A DNA stretch of 63,858 nucleotides, filler included, from Lama guanicoe (Eukaryota), in assembly GCA_013239625.1 (NCBI GenBank). It is 205 parts of 205 records of this genome, joined end to end, with 100 filler letters (N's around TTAATTAATTAA, not from the genome) between each part and the next. Parts side by side here need not be neighbours in the genome. Positions count along the whole stretch, not along the records: positions 1 to 212 come from PNXV01036643.1; positions 313 to 524 come from PNXV01036644.1; positions 625 to 836 come from PNXV01036645.1; positions 937 to 1,148 come from PNXV01036646.1; positions 1,249 to 1,460 come from PNXV01036647.1; positions 1,561 to 1,772 come from PNXV01036648.1; positions 1,873 to 2,084 come from PNXV01036649.1; positions 2,185 to 2,396 come from PNXV01036650.1; 197 more parts are not named here. One strand, given 5' to 3'. The translations under genes and the position numbers were made by a program. Below the pieces are notes generated by a model, which had not been told where the DNA came from, ran no database searches, and saw only the letters and a program-made list of their open reading frames with translations. How positions within the stretch are numbered: position 1 is the stretch's first letter; each line of letters begins with the position of its first letter. Shown here in pieces: positions 1 through 12,657 of the stretch.

Positions 1-2808
1 AGACTCATGTCATTTAAACAGTATTGCTTTGGAGAACTTAGACATTGGCGTTTTAAAACTCACTAAAGCAATGGTAGTATTTCCATTTAGTGTAAACACT
101 TTAGATTTTTTGCCTTAAGTCTGTAAAAGTATATAGTGTTCCTTTTCGTTCATGTTTTTTTTCCTAAGTTTTTTTAAACTTTCTTTTGGGAGGGGAGGTT
201 CATTTGTTTATTNNNNNNNNNNNNNNNNNNNNNNNNNNNNNNNNNNNNNNNNNNNNTTAATTAATTAANNNNNNNNNNNNNNNNNNNNNNNNNNNNNNNN
301 NNNNNNNNNNNNATTTAATAGGTGGCATGGATAACTCGGGAACATTTAAGAGTTTTAGAAGCCTCTCCCTGAGGAGGACAATCAAGGTGACAGGACATGA
401 AACAATTGAATGAAAAAAATTCATAGCCTGGGGTGATGATGGGGGTGGGGGTGGGGATTAGGTGGTCCTTTGTGGGAAGGGTTAGACTTGTAGGTAATTT
501 TGTTAGAGAATTTGGCCCAATGTGNNNNNNNNNNNNNNNNNNNNNNNNNNNNNNNNNNNNNNNNNNNNTTAATTAATTAANNNNNNNNNNNNNNNNNNNN
601 NNNNNNNNNNNNNNNNNNNNNNNNCTTTTTCATTTCATTTTGTTTGGTACTGTTCCTCCATTTACAGCCAAATCAGTTTTGTCTCATTTAAAACTTTTAC
701 TGATGTTCAATGGAGGAAAGGAAATGAAAAAAATAAAACAAACCCTGTCTATTCTTGTCTGAGAGAGGGACATTCCCAGCAAGAAGGGAAAGGTTCCCAT
801 GGTTCCTAAAGTCACCCAAATCCACATCCCAGATTTNNNNNNNNNNNNNNNNNNNNNNNNNNNNNNNNNNNNNNNNNNNNTTAATTAATTAANNNNNNNN
901 NNNNNNNNNNNNNNNNNNNNNNNNNNNNNNNNNNNNATGCTTAGAGCGGTATAGAATTTTGCCCTCCCATATCCTCAAACCTTCATCTGGTACATCTCAT
1001 TCCAAAGGAACAAGTTGATATTTCTAAACATTGTTAAGTGTACAAGTCTTCCAAGAGAGTTTTTAAAAAGTCCGTTCGCTCAAAGTCCCCTTCTCATTTT
1101 TCATCCTGCATTACTATCCGTTCCGCCCCCACCAGCTATTTGGAAGGANNNNNNNNNNNNNNNNNNNNNNNNNNNNNNNNNNNNNNNNNNNNTTAATTAA
1201 TTAANNNNNNNNNNNNNNNNNNNNNNNNNNNNNNNNNNNNNNNNNNNNCAAGCCCACGCTTGACGGAAGCTCTTATCTGGCAGACGCAGCGTGCTGAAAG
1301 TGGGCACGGTAAGCTGCATTCCACTCAAAGCGACTCCTGTTCGGTCTGTTTTAAAAAAGCTGAAAGAATGTTGAAAAGCGTTGTACTTACGAGGTTTCCT
1401 AAATCCCCAGCGAGTCTCTATCGTGGTGAGATCTTCCCTCTGCTGTTCGGTCGTGGCGGCNNNNNNNNNNNNNNNNNNNNNNNNNNNNNNNNNNNNNNNN
1501 NNNNTTAATTAATTAANNNNNNNNNNNNNNNNNNNNNNNNNNNNNNNNNNNNNNNNNNNNTATGTGGAAAGTGAATATATATTTGTGGAAATGCTTTGGA
1601 GAGATTTTGTGCTAATCATTATTCAGTTTCATGTTTAGCTTTTTAAAATTATCTTATAGAGAACTTTCACCAACAGCCTTCAAATGATTCTTTTTCAGTA
1701 GCAACTTTACCCTGTGAAACTAGATGTTAATAGAATAAACTGTAAATAGGCATATTTTACATGCAGAAAAAANNNNNNNNNNNNNNNNNNNNNNNNNNNN
1801 NNNNNNNNNNNNNNNNTTAATTAATTAANNNNNNNNNNNNNNNNNNNNNNNNNNNNNNNNNNNNNNNNNNNNGGGAGAGCAGTGTGCTAGGCAGGGGAAG
1901 TCAGAGCACCAGGAGAGAACCTCTGTTCTCTGCACCCTTGGATAGTCTCAGAGCATGATCTTTTTATCCTGCCAATGCTGACCTCACCTTTTCTGTGTGT
2001 GTAGCAGCCTTTTCCCTGGATGTATTTCTGTAATGTATTAGTCAGGAGGGCTCAGAGCACTGGGGCACATTTCGGTGGCCGAACNNNNNNNNNNNNNNNN
2101 NNNNNNNNNNNNNNNNNNNNNNNNNNNNTTAATTAATTAANNNNNNNNNNNNNNNNNNNNNNNNNNNNNNNNNNNNNNNNNNNNTTTCTTTTCGATGTGA
2201 CTTCACAATAAAATTTCACTTAGTTTAGGAAGGGGCCCCTTCTACATCCATAGGAATAGAATAACAGAATTCAACTCACCTTCCCAGGACCATATTACCA
2301 GAATGTATCACATGAGATCCAATATCGTCATAAGAGACACACATATACAGCAGCAGCAGTAGTTACTTTTTAAAGCACATAATAATTCAAAATATGNNNN
2401 NNNNNNNNNNNNNNNNNNNNNNNNNNNNNNNNNNNNNNNNTTAATTAATTAANNNNNNNNNNNNNNNNNNNNNNNNNNNNNNNNNNNNNNNNNNNNTTGA
2501 ATCCAAATAGCAGATGAGGAAACATGCAGTGAAGGGGGAAGCCTCAGGTACCTGTGGCTCATTAGCAAGAGCAGGTCACCACACCGCTGCGTGCAGGAAA
2601 TACTCCCAATCCAATTGCCACTGGCTGCTGCTTCTTGTGGCTGGAGATTATAGAGGCCGCAGCTCGTTTCTCTATTTGGGCTTTCTGAGTACAGCCATGT
2701 GGTCATCANNNNNNNNNNNNNNNNNNNNNNNNNNNNNNNNNNNNNNNNNNNNTTAATTAATTAANNNNNNNNNNNNNNNNNNNNNNNNNNNNNNNNNNNN
2801 NNNNNNNN

Positions 2809-3644
2809 CCTTGTTCTCAAAGGAATGGTCCAAAGTCTAGGCAGCTTCAATGAAAACAGTCTAGTCTCAAAGTGAGACCAAAATGGCAAACAAGTACTTG
2901 CATACAGAACAGGCCTTAACCAGAAACACACAATCTTGAAACAGATTCAGAATAAAGTCTGGAGAGCTTCTAAGGCAAAGAGAATTGGGAGGTAGGATCC
3001 AGGATAATGATGTTCCTTCANNNNNNNNNNNNNNNNNNNNNNNNNNNNNNNNNNNNNNNNNNNNTTAATTAATTAANNNNNNNNNNNNNNNNNNNNNNNN
3101 NNNNNNNNNNNNNNNNNNNNATGTTGCCCAGAGCCTGAAATAGGCAGGACAGCTCATTCTCCAGGCTCTGACCTTTAAGGGTATATCACTGTCCCATTCA
3201 TATAAAGATAAAAAGTTGCCGAACAGAGGATAGCACTTGTCTTGTTGGAAGTTTACAGGGGCGCTGTGATCTGACCCACGTATGACAGCTGCAAGAACAA
3301 AGGATTCTGACACAAAGAAGCAACAACCAGCANNNNNNNNNNNNNNNNNNNNNNNNNNNNNNNNNNNNNNNNNNNNTTAATTAATTAANNNNNNNNNNNN
3401 NNNNNNNNNNNNNNNNNNNNNNNNNNNNNNNNCCTTGTTCTCAAAGGAATGGTCCAAAGTCTAGGCAGCTTCAATGAAAACGGTCTAGTCTCAAAGTGAG
3501 ACCAAAATGGCAAACAAGTACTTGCATGCAGAACAGGCCTTAACCAGAAACACACAATCTTGAAACAGATCCAGAATAAAGTCTGGAGAGCTTCAAAGGC
3601 AAAGAGAATTGGGAGGTAGGATCCAGGATAATGATGTTCCTTCA
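2809..3644 (+). repeat. Near-identical contig pair 2809..3020 / 3433..3644 (bubble arms, 4 substitutions)
   Basis: Manual alignment shows the same ends and differences at offsets 50, 96, 139 and 163. Confidence 0.97.
3173..3288 (-). CDS. Candidate internal coding exon, unidentified (VIRGSDHSAPVNFQQDKCYPLFGNFLSLYEWDSDIPLK)
   Basis: Minus strand has acceptor tttgttcttgcag|, a 116-nt open frame (phase 1 to 0) and donor AAG|gtcaga. No homology recognised. Confidence 0.35.
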
Positions 3645-3744
3645 NNNNNNNNNNNNNNNNNNNNNNNNNNNNNNNNNNNNNNNNNNNNTTAATTAATTAA
3701 NNNNNNNNNNNNNNNNNNNNNNNNNNNNNNNNNNNNNNNNNNNN

Positions 3745-3956
3745 AGAACAAAAGATTACAAACTTTAAAAGAATACATAGCAATACAAGCTATGCAAACA
3801 TGAAGAGCAAGACAGAAAAATAAGTTTTAAAAGTGAAAAGTGCATCAGTGAGCTGTGGGTCAAATTTAAGTGGCCTATTATTACACATGGAATTGGAGTC
3901 CCGGGCGGGGGGAGGGGGGGAATAAAAATATTTGACAAAACAATGGCCAAAAGTTG
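3745..3956 (+). mobile_element. Old LINE-1 ORF1 remnant
   Basis: cagtgagctgtggg..aattt..attggagtccc..aaaatatttga..aatggccaaa matches the degenerate ORF1 motif ELWDN..IGVP..KIFE..MA. Confidence 0.75.
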
Positions 3957-4368
3957 NNNNNNNNNNNNNNNNNNNNNNNNNNNNNNNNNNNNNNNNNNNN
4001 TTAATTAATTAANNNNNNNNNNNNNNNNNNNNNNNNNNNNNNNNNNNNNNNNNNNNAATAATAATAATATGTCCACTATATACACAGTTTGATTTAAGGC
4101 AAAAGTTTAAAGACACAGTCTGGAATTCTTGAGTTATCTTTTAAAAACAGTGATCTTGGGAATAAAATACCTATCTAACTATAAGAAAATTTGGGTTGCA
4201 CTACTTTCTTTTTCTGACCGAGTTAATAAGAATATAGTAGGCACGTGATACTTGTTTATTTGAATTTTNNNNNNNNNNNNNNNNNNNNNNNNNNNNNNNN
4301 NNNNNNNNNNNNTTAATTAATTAANNNNNNNNNNNNNNNNNNNNNNNNNNNNNNNNNNNNNNNNNNNN

Positions 4369-5204
4369 GGAATATTAGCAGTGATTGAAAGTCAAATTCT
4401 TTAAGAAGCAAGAAATATGTAAAACACAAAAGTTCTCATTTGTTCAGGCTGGTCTTCACCATCCAACTTGCCTGACTGATAACTTCTGTTATGTGGAAAC
4501 TAGTTCATTCGTAAACGTTATGGTGTAAAAAGAGGCACTTCTAAATCACCTGGCACTTAAGTGGGAACAAAACTGCACTTNNNNNNNNNNNNNNNNNNNN
4601 NNNNNNNNNNNNNNNNNNNNNNNNTTAATTAATTAANNNNNNNNNNNNNNNNNNNNNNNNNNNNNNNNNNNNNNNNNNNNCCTCTCCCTCTTTTTCTTGT
4701 TCTCTTCCTATTTCCATCTCACTGCACAATCTTTTTCTGTTTATTTTTCTTCACAAGACAAAGATTTCCATAAGTAAGTCAAGGCTAATATCTACCTGAG
4801 AAAAATCACAGATTAAAACTAAATACTTCCACATAGACCCAGCGAAATGCTCAGTGTGATCACAGTCCTATATTAGGGTACAGGCCCATTCTNNNNNNNN
4901 NNNNNNNNNNNNNNNNNNNNNNNNNNNNNNNNNNNNTTAATTAATTAANNNNNNNNNNNNNNNNNNNNNNNNNNNNNNNNNNNNNNNNNNNNGGAATATT
5001 AGCAGTGATTGAAAGTCAAATTCTTTAAGAAGCAAGAAATACATAAAACACAAAAGTTCTCATTTGTTCAGGCTGGTCTTCACCATTCAACTTGCCTGAC
5101 TGATAACTTCTGTTACGTGGAAACTAGTTCATTCGTAAACCTTATGGTGTAAAAGGAGGCACTTCTAAATCACCTGGCACTTAAGTGGGAACAAAACTGC
5201 ACTT
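4369..5204 (+). repeat. Near-identical contig pair 4369..4580 / 4993..5204 (6 substitutions)
   Basis: Manual alignment: first difference at offset 50, last at offset 163. Confidence 0.97.
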
Positions 5205-5616
5205 NNNNNNNNNNNNNNNNNNNNNNNNNNNNNNNNNNNNNNNNNNNNTTAATTAATTAANNNNNNNNNNNNNNNNNNNNNNNNNNNNNNNNNNNNNNNN
5301 NNNNAGGGTGGCAGCCCTGACAGGCAAAACAACATGCTAAAGGCAGAGCGTGGGAGTGGCAGAGCCAGAGGAAACACACAGTTGCCACCCCCCGTTCAAG
5401 GCCGCTTACACTGAGTATGGGGCCAAGGTTTCCAACTAGGAGAATGACACAGTGTAAATACTTTGTCCCCCCCAAAACCCCAAATGTTTTTTAAAGGCAC
5501 AAAAACTCACCTTAACNNNNNNNNNNNNNNNNNNNNNNNNNNNNNNNNNNNNNNNNNNNNTTAATTAATTAANNNNNNNNNNNNNNNNNNNNNNNNNNNN
5601 NNNNNNNNNNNNNNNN

Positions 5617-5828
5617 ACAAAAGTTCTTAACATGCATGTGCCTAATAACAGAACTTCAAAACACATAAGGCAAAAATAAATTAAACTTACAGGAGAAATG
5701 AATAATTCTTTTTTGTATCTGGAAATTTCAGCCCTCCACTTGACAGAGTAAGTAAATATCGAATCAGGAGCAACACAGTTATCCTGAACAAAAATATCAA
5801 TCAACTGGAGAGTTATCAAGCAACTCCA
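5617..5828 (+). mobile_element. Old LINE-1 ORF2 endonuclease remnant
   Basis: Translates as LNMHVPNNRTSKHIRQK..LTGE..GNFS, resembling the L1 EN motif NIYAPN..Y.KQ.L..L.GE..GDFN; disrupted. Confidence 0.8.
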
Positions 5829-6864
5829 NNNNNNNNNNNNNNNNNNNNNNNNNNNNNNNNNNNNNNNNNNNNTTAATTAATTAANNNNNNNNNNNNNNNN
5901 NNNNNNNNNNNNNNNNNNNNNNNNNNNNTTGTATATCTGACCAGCACTCTCCACTGACACAGCTTCACTGACAGCTGACAAAGAAAAAAAAAATTTAAAG
6001 AGCCAAATTCATTTTAACAGAGGAGTCAAAAAGAGTAAACTTGGAGTTTAAATCCAATACATTGATAACCAAAACACTTATCCTTATAAAAATGAAATTA
6101 GACATATTTGAAACATTTTATGTTAACATAGTACAGATCANNNNNNNNNNNNNNNNNNNNNNNNNNNNNNNNNNNNNNNNNNNNTTAATTAATTAANNNN
6201 NNNNNNNNNNNNNNNNNNNNNNNNNNNNNNNNNNNNNNNNGGCAGTGACACTGGGGTTCAGTGCCCTCAAAGGGCGTCCTGAGTGTGGGACACCCACCAG
6301 GGCAGATGCCAGACTGGCTCTGAGGAAGCCAAAGTGGGCAGCACAGGTGTATCTGACCCACCTGGCAGGGGGAGGGGGAGGGGGAGGGGAGACGGTGCTC
6401 CCAGCCCTGTGCTCACAGTCTCCCGCCCCCCAGGCCTGCAGGGACTTCCTGGNNNNNNNNNNNNNNNNNNNNNNNNNNNNNNNNNNNNNNNNNNNNTTAA
6501 TTAATTAANNNNNNNNNNNNNNNNNNNNNNNNNNNNNNNNNNNNNNNNNNNNTGCTTTCAGGGCTAAACTTTCTTTGGACATTTGAAGTGCACGCTCTCC
6601 CTTCCTTCAAGCGGCTGCAGAATTTGTTTGTTTGGTGGTGGTTTTGAGTACAGGACGTGAGGCAGGGAAGACCTCCCCCGCTCCAGCATTTACAGCTTTT
6701 GAATATTTCCTTTTTTTCTCCCTTGGGCTGTTCTTAGACAAATGGAACTTCCGGGTCTGCCTTTNNNNNNNNNNNNNNNNNNNNNNNNNNNNNNNNNNNN
6801 NNNNNNNNTTAATTAATTAANNNNNNNNNNNNNNNNNNNNNNNNNNNNNNNNNNNNNNNNNNNN

Positions 6865-7076
6865 CACACAACGTAAAAAGCCAATCAACAAAAAAACTAA
6901 TATTATGGACTTTATGAAAGATTTCTACTCTGAAAGACCTTACTCAGAAACCCAAAAGACAAGCCATAAACTGACAAAAATATTTACAAAACACGTATCT
7001 GATAAATGATTTGGAATCAATATACAAACAGCTCTAAAATAACCCATAAAAATGGGTAAAGATGTAAACAGACACC
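6865..7076 (+). mobile_element. Old LINE-1 ORF2 3' remnant (L1M-type)
   Basis: aaaagacaagccataaactg..aaaatatttacaaaacacgtatctgataaa..aaaatgggtaaagatgtaaacagacac is a typical L1 3' ORF2 signature. Confidence 0.8.
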
Positions 7077-7488
7077 NNNNNNNNNNNNNNNNNNNNNNNN
7101 NNNNNNNNNNNNNNNNNNNNTTAATTAATTAANNNNNNNNNNNNNNNNNNNNNNNNNNNNNNNNNNNNNNNNNNNNTAATTAGTGTATTCACTTGACGCT
7201 GGTGTTGTTAAAAGTTAGAACTATTTGGAAAACTCTATATCAGCACTTCTAAGGCTTGGAATTGACTTTAAAAATAAAATATCAGAAATAAACGGCATAT
7301 GCCAGAATATATTTATTATAGTAATCTTTTTCAAAAGCAAACAACAAAAACACAAAAAACACAACAAAAATTTCACTTCTCTCCAAAANNNNNNNNNNNN
7401 NNNNNNNNNNNNNNNNNNNNNNNNNNNNNNNNTTAATTAATTAANNNNNNNNNNNNNNNNNNNNNNNNNNNNNNNNNNNNNNNNNNNN

Positions 7489-8324
7489 TTTCTGGCTAAT
7501 TGCAGAGACTACCTTCCCAGAAGGGTCTGTGCTCTAATTTACCCTGCCTTTGTTGGGCTACGATTATTTTAGTGTCTCTGCCAGTTATTACCACGCATAA
7601 AAGTATTAAAAGATCGTCCAGTAAATTCCAGGGTTGCACACATATTCCTCCCTGCCCTTACTGTGTATGAGCAAGCTGTTTCCCATTGTAATTAAGATCA
7701 NNNNNNNNNNNNNNNNNNNNNNNNNNNNNNNNNNNNNNNNNNNNTTAATTAATTAANNNNNNNNNNNNNNNNNNNNNNNNNNNNNNNNNNNNNNNNNNNN
7801 CATCTTCCAAAGAGCGAGGCCACCCCAAGTGGAGATGACACGGCATCTATCTACAATTGGTTGATTTGCTGAGTATTGAAAGGATGGCTTGTCCCCAGAT
7901 ATGTAAGCTTTGTTCATCCCTTCCTCCCTGAATTTCTGTGCATGTCTACCATGACAGCAATGCCAGCAGTTCCCAAGCCTCTTGTGGAGCTTCTGAAAAA
8001 ATACAGACGCTCNNNNNNNNNNNNNNNNNNNNNNNNNNNNNNNNNNNNNNNNNNNNTTAATTAATTAANNNNNNNNNNNNNNNNNNNNNNNNNNNNNNNN
8101 NNNNNNNNNNNNTTTCTGGCTAATTGCAGAGACTACCTTCCCAGAAGGGTCTGTGCTCTAAATTACCCTGCCCTTGTTGGGCTACGATTATTTTAGCGTC
8201 TATGCCAGTTATTACCACACATAAAAGTATTAAAAGACCGTCCAGTAAATTCCAGGGTTGCACACATATTCCTCTCTGCCCTTACTGTGTATGAGCAAGC
8301 TGTTTCCCATTGTAATTAAGATCA
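7489..8324 (+). repeat. Near-identical contig pair 7489..7700 / 8113..8324 (7 substitutions)
   Basis: Manual alignment: first difference at offset 50, last at offset 163. Confidence 0.97.
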
Positions 8325-9048
8325 NNNNNNNNNNNNNNNNNNNNNNNNNNNNNNNNNNNNNNNNNNNNTTAATTAATTAANNNNNNNNNNNNNNNNNNNN
8401 NNNNNNNNNNNNNNNNNNNNNNNNAGGAAGGGCCCAGGCCCAGGGCACCTGGGGAGTCAGAGGTCAAGGTAGAGCTGACACCCAGGCCTCACACCCCTAG
8501 CCTGGGCTGTGCCCGGTGCAGCCCTCAGAGGCCGGGACTGTGACCCAGGGAGAGATGTGATGTGTCTGGGTGCTCACGGCCACAGCTCAGAAGAATTCTA
8601 CCCAACGGACATTGGATAGATGTGGATACAAGACCANNNNNNNNNNNNNNNNNNNNNNNNNNNNNNNNNNNNNNNNNNNNTTAATTAATTAANNNNNNNN
8701 NNNNNNNNNNNNNNNNNNNNNNNNNNNNNNNNNNNNGTCCCGGATGTCACCTTCCAACTCCTCACTGCTGCCCCCCTTCTTCCCCCACGTGGGCTGACCC
8801 AGCTCCCCTGAGCTGCCCGCCCCATCGTCCCCCTGCACCCCGGTGCCTCTGCGTCACCACAACATCACAGGGGAGCCGTCCTGGCTGCCCTAGAAACTGG
8901 CTTCAAAATAGCTTCCCTAAGCCCACTGGGGACACCCAGTCTCCCTGGNNNNNNNNNNNNNNNNNNNNNNNNNNNNNNNNNNNNNNNNNNNNTTAATTAA
9001 TTAANNNNNNNNNNNNNNNNNNNNNNNNNNNNNNNNNNNNNNNNNNNN

Positions 9049-9260
9049 GCGCCGGGGCGGCCGGCCCGCGCGCCCGCCGCGCTCTCCCCGCCCCCGCAGG
9101 CACTTTCCGCCCGCGGCCCGACGCGCTCCCGACCCGCCGCCGCTCCTCGGCCGCCGGATCGGCGCGTCCCTCACGAGGCCGGCAGGCGGGAGGCGGGTCT
9201 CCGCGGGTCGAGTGCGGGCGCGGGCCGCTCGGAGCCGGACGAGGAGGAGCCGGGCGGCCG
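9049..9260. promoter_or_regulatory. CpG-island fragment with GC boxes
   Basis: Extremely GC- and CpG-rich; GGGGCGG at 9054..9060 and CCCCGCCCC at 9086..9094. Confidence 0.8.
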
Positions 9261-9984
9261 NNNNNNNNNNNNNNNNNNNNNNNNNNNNNNNNNNNNNNNN
9301 NNNNTTAATTAATTAANNNNNNNNNNNNNNNNNNNNNNNNNNNNNNNNNNNNNNNNNNNNGGCTGTATTCCAGCCCAAAATTGGCAGGCCATCAGGCCCC
9401 TCATGGTGCCGGTCTCTCCACTGCTATGTGGCCTGTCATTGGTCTGGGCCAAAACCCAGCTCCTTGTTTGCCTTGGCAGAGCAAGTACTCTGAGGAAATA
9501 GGACAGAAAAATCTTATCTGCCCCAGGCTGTAGACACGTCCCCATCTGGTGCTTGAGGCTGCTAAGTCCTTANNNNNNNNNNNNNNNNNNNNNNNNNNNN
9601 NNNNNNNNNNNNNNNNTTAATTAATTAANNNNNNNNNNNNNNNNNNNNNNNNNNNNNNNNNNNNNNNNNNNNTGTTCCTTAACCCATTCATTGAATTTTA
9701 TATACCAAATGATATCTGTATCTTGTTTCCATAAGTTCTGTTTAGTTCTTTAAAAAATTGATCTGTTTATTTTCATGATGTCCTGATTATTCATTATGTT
9801 ACATAAGATTCATTTTACCTAAATGATTCAGCCATACTCATTTTATGCTCTCTCTTAGATTGCTTCATAATTTTAGGCTCTGGANNNNNNNNNNNNNNNN
9901 NNNNNNNNNNNNNNNNNNNNNNNNNNNNTTAATTAATTAANNNNNNNNNNNNNNNNNNNNNNNNNNNNNNNNNNNNNNNNNNNN

Positions 9985-10196
9985 AACATAATAAAGGCCT
10001 GAACATAATACCTCAACATAATAAAGGGCATACATGAGTATAGCTCATCAATGAAGTCAGTAGTGTTGCAGGATGGAAAATTAATACAGAGAAATCTCTT
10101 GCATTTCTATATACTAATAATGAATTATCAGATAGAGGAATGAAAGAAACAATCTGATACCATCAAATCATAAAGAATAAAATACTTAGGAATAAA
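9985..10196 (+). mobile_element. LINE-1 ORF2 RT fragment with internal deletion
   Basis: YLNIIKGIHE is joined directly to LINE..VAG..KINTEKSLAFLYTNNELS..RIKYLGI. Confidence 0.85.
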
Positions 10197-11544
10197 NNNN
10201 NNNNNNNNNNNNNNNNNNNNNNNNNNNNNNNNNNNNNNNNTTAATTAATTAANNNNNNNNNNNNNNNNNNNNNNNNNNNNNNNNNNNNNNNNNNNNTCTC
10301 CGCTTCTCTTTTGGTGTGAAATAATCAGGTCAACACCGCAGCTCACTGCCTGGAAAGACTGAACACAGGGCCCCTGGGACTGTTTGAATTGACCCTTCTC
10401 TTGAACATCTTCTATAGTTCCTTACAGAAAATGTTTTGTTTTCTCACTGTTAAAGTTACTGTTTTTTAAAAAATACTATTATCCTTTTAATACATAAAGT
10501 TATAGAGANNNNNNNNNNNNNNNNNNNNNNNNNNNNNNNNNNNNNNNNNNNNTTAATTAATTAANNNNNNNNNNNNNNNNNNNNNNNNNNNNNNNNNNNN
10601 NNNNNNNNTATTAAGCGCCTGCTGTGTGCGGCAGTCTTGGACTGGCATGGAAATGTTCGCTGGCGTTTCAAGCTGCACTGCTGATTGGGAGCTGCCTCTA
10701 GACTGAGATTTAGCGTTGCCTGCCAGAGCTCCCAAAATAACCATACATAAAACCACGTTCAGAGTCAGCACGATGTCAGTGGGTCCAGCGAGGAGGGCAG
10801 AGACAAGCCAGAGGAATATANNNNNNNNNNNNNNNNNNNNNNNNNNNNNNNNNNNNNNNNNNNNTTAATTAATTAANNNNNNNNNNNNNNNNNNNNNNNN
10901 NNNNNNNNNNNNNNNNNNNNGCTCCCAGCGCTGGTGGCTACGGGAGTGTCTCCCTCCACCCAGCCCCGGACCCTCCTGGCCTCCCCGGGACCCCAGCCTC
11001 CCCACCTCATAACCCTCCTCCCTGCCCGCGCCCCTTGCTGGGTTCTTTTCTCTCCTTGTCATGGAGAGATGGCCAAAGTGTGGTGCTCAAAACACCATTT
11101 TATTATGGTCTTTTTTAATACATATATTCTTTNNNNNNNNNNNNNNNNNNNNNNNNNNNNNNNNNNNNNNNNNNNNTTAATTAATTAANNNNNNNNNNNN
11201 NNNNNNNNNNNNNNNNNNNNNNNNNNNNNNNNTGTTTTTGCTTTACTTTACTTTTCTCCAGCTTTGTGGCTCTGTTTTAGCAGCAAAACATGTGGCACAT
11301 TAGTTGTAGCAGTTTGAACTATAGCTGTAGGGTGTGTAATACCACAAAATCTATGTTGACATTTCATTTATAAAACAGAAACAGTCCCACTCACATGGGG
11401 AAGAGTACATAAAAATTTGTATATTTAACTTTTCCCCTTTCTTGNNNNNNNNNNNNNNNNNNNNNNNNNNNNNNNNNNNNNNNNNNNNTTAATTAATTAA
11501 NNNNNNNNNNNNNNNNNNNNNNNNNNNNNNNNNNNNNNNNNNNN

Positions 11545-11627
11545 TCCACAATTGTGTAAGCCAAGTCCCTTAATAAATCCATATTTCCTACAGATTCTGC
11601 TTTTCTGGTTGATCCTAGACTGATACA
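11545..11627 (+). mobile_element. ERVL-type LTR 3' end (MLT2/LTR16-like)
   Basis: ccacaattgtgtaagccaagtcccttaataaatc..ttctgcttttctg..cctagactgataca: poly(A) signal plus terminal ACA; family recalled from memory. Confidence 0.6.
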
Positions 11628-12496
11628 ATACATGTCTGACTGGCACAAGACTTCTGACTCACCACATGGGAAAAATCATTTCAAAGCCAAAATTCCTATA
11701 CTCTATAAAACTGTCATTTCAGTTTGAGGGGAAAATAAAATCCTTTTTGAACACATNNNNNNNNNNNNNNNNNNNNNNNNNNNNNNNNNNNNNNNNNNNN
11801 TTAATTAATTAANNNNNNNNNNNNNNNNNNNNNNNNNNNNNNNNNNNNNNNNNNNNTCATCCTGGTTAGGTGGAGGTGCTGAGTCAAATTTAATTTGATT
11901 AAAAAGAGAGAAAGAAATGGGACATTCCTTGTATCTGAGTGAGGAAGAGCAAGTTCATACCAGTTACCATGGTTCTATTATATTTCATCTCCATCACGGT
12001 ATTTCTCTCCACATCCTGTGTCAGACTTATAGATATCAATTATAAATACTGTCTTTTAATGCCTTAGTNNNNNNNNNNNNNNNNNNNNNNNNNNNNNNNN
12101 NNNNNNNNNNNNTTAATTAATTAANNNNNNNNNNNNNNNNNNNNNNNNNNNNNNNNNNNNNNNNNNNNCTGGAATTCTGACACCTCCTTGACTGGGGCTG
12201 GAAGCACAGCCAGGGTGGCCTGGGAGGTGGGACCCCACTCCAGGGTGTGCTGGGACCCAAGGGGCCACCATGGGCAGAGGATGCCTTGTGCAGGTTGGGC
12301 AGCATCAGCCTTCAGGGCCCCAGAAGGCAGCCCCCTAGGAGGGCCAGGTGCCCAGGTTAGGCCAGGAGGTCTTGAGACAGNNNNNNNNNNNNNNNNNNNN
12401 NNNNNNNNNNNNNNNNNNNNNNNNTTAATTAATTAANNNNNNNNNNNNNNNNNNNNNNNNNNNNNNNNNNNNNNNNNNNNGACTGTACCTGTCTCT

Positions 12497-12657
12497 CAGG
12501 GGTTTTTCATCTTTTGTGCCACGGTCCCTAACAGAACCTGGTAAAAGGTATTTGTTATGCACTCAGAAAAATGCACATAACCCCAAAATTTTGCATGTAG
12601 TTTTGGAGGTTCACAGACTCCATGAGTCCAATCCATGGATTCGAAGCTTATAATTTC
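12497..12657. mobile_element. hAT-Charlie-type MITE remnant
   Basis: caggggtttttcatctttt..aaaattttgcatgtagttttggaggttcacagactcc..atccatgga pattern; subfamily uncertain. Confidence 0.5.

Noticed and set aside
6368..6389. (GGGGGA)n G-quadruplex motif / poly-Gly in an ORF
   Set aside because: Common low-complexity tract with no context supporting a function.
10609..10771. Signal-peptide-like ORF MLTLNVVLCMVILGALAGNA
   Set aside because: The start codon is GTG, there are no splice signals or recognised homology, and short hydrophobic runs arise by chance.
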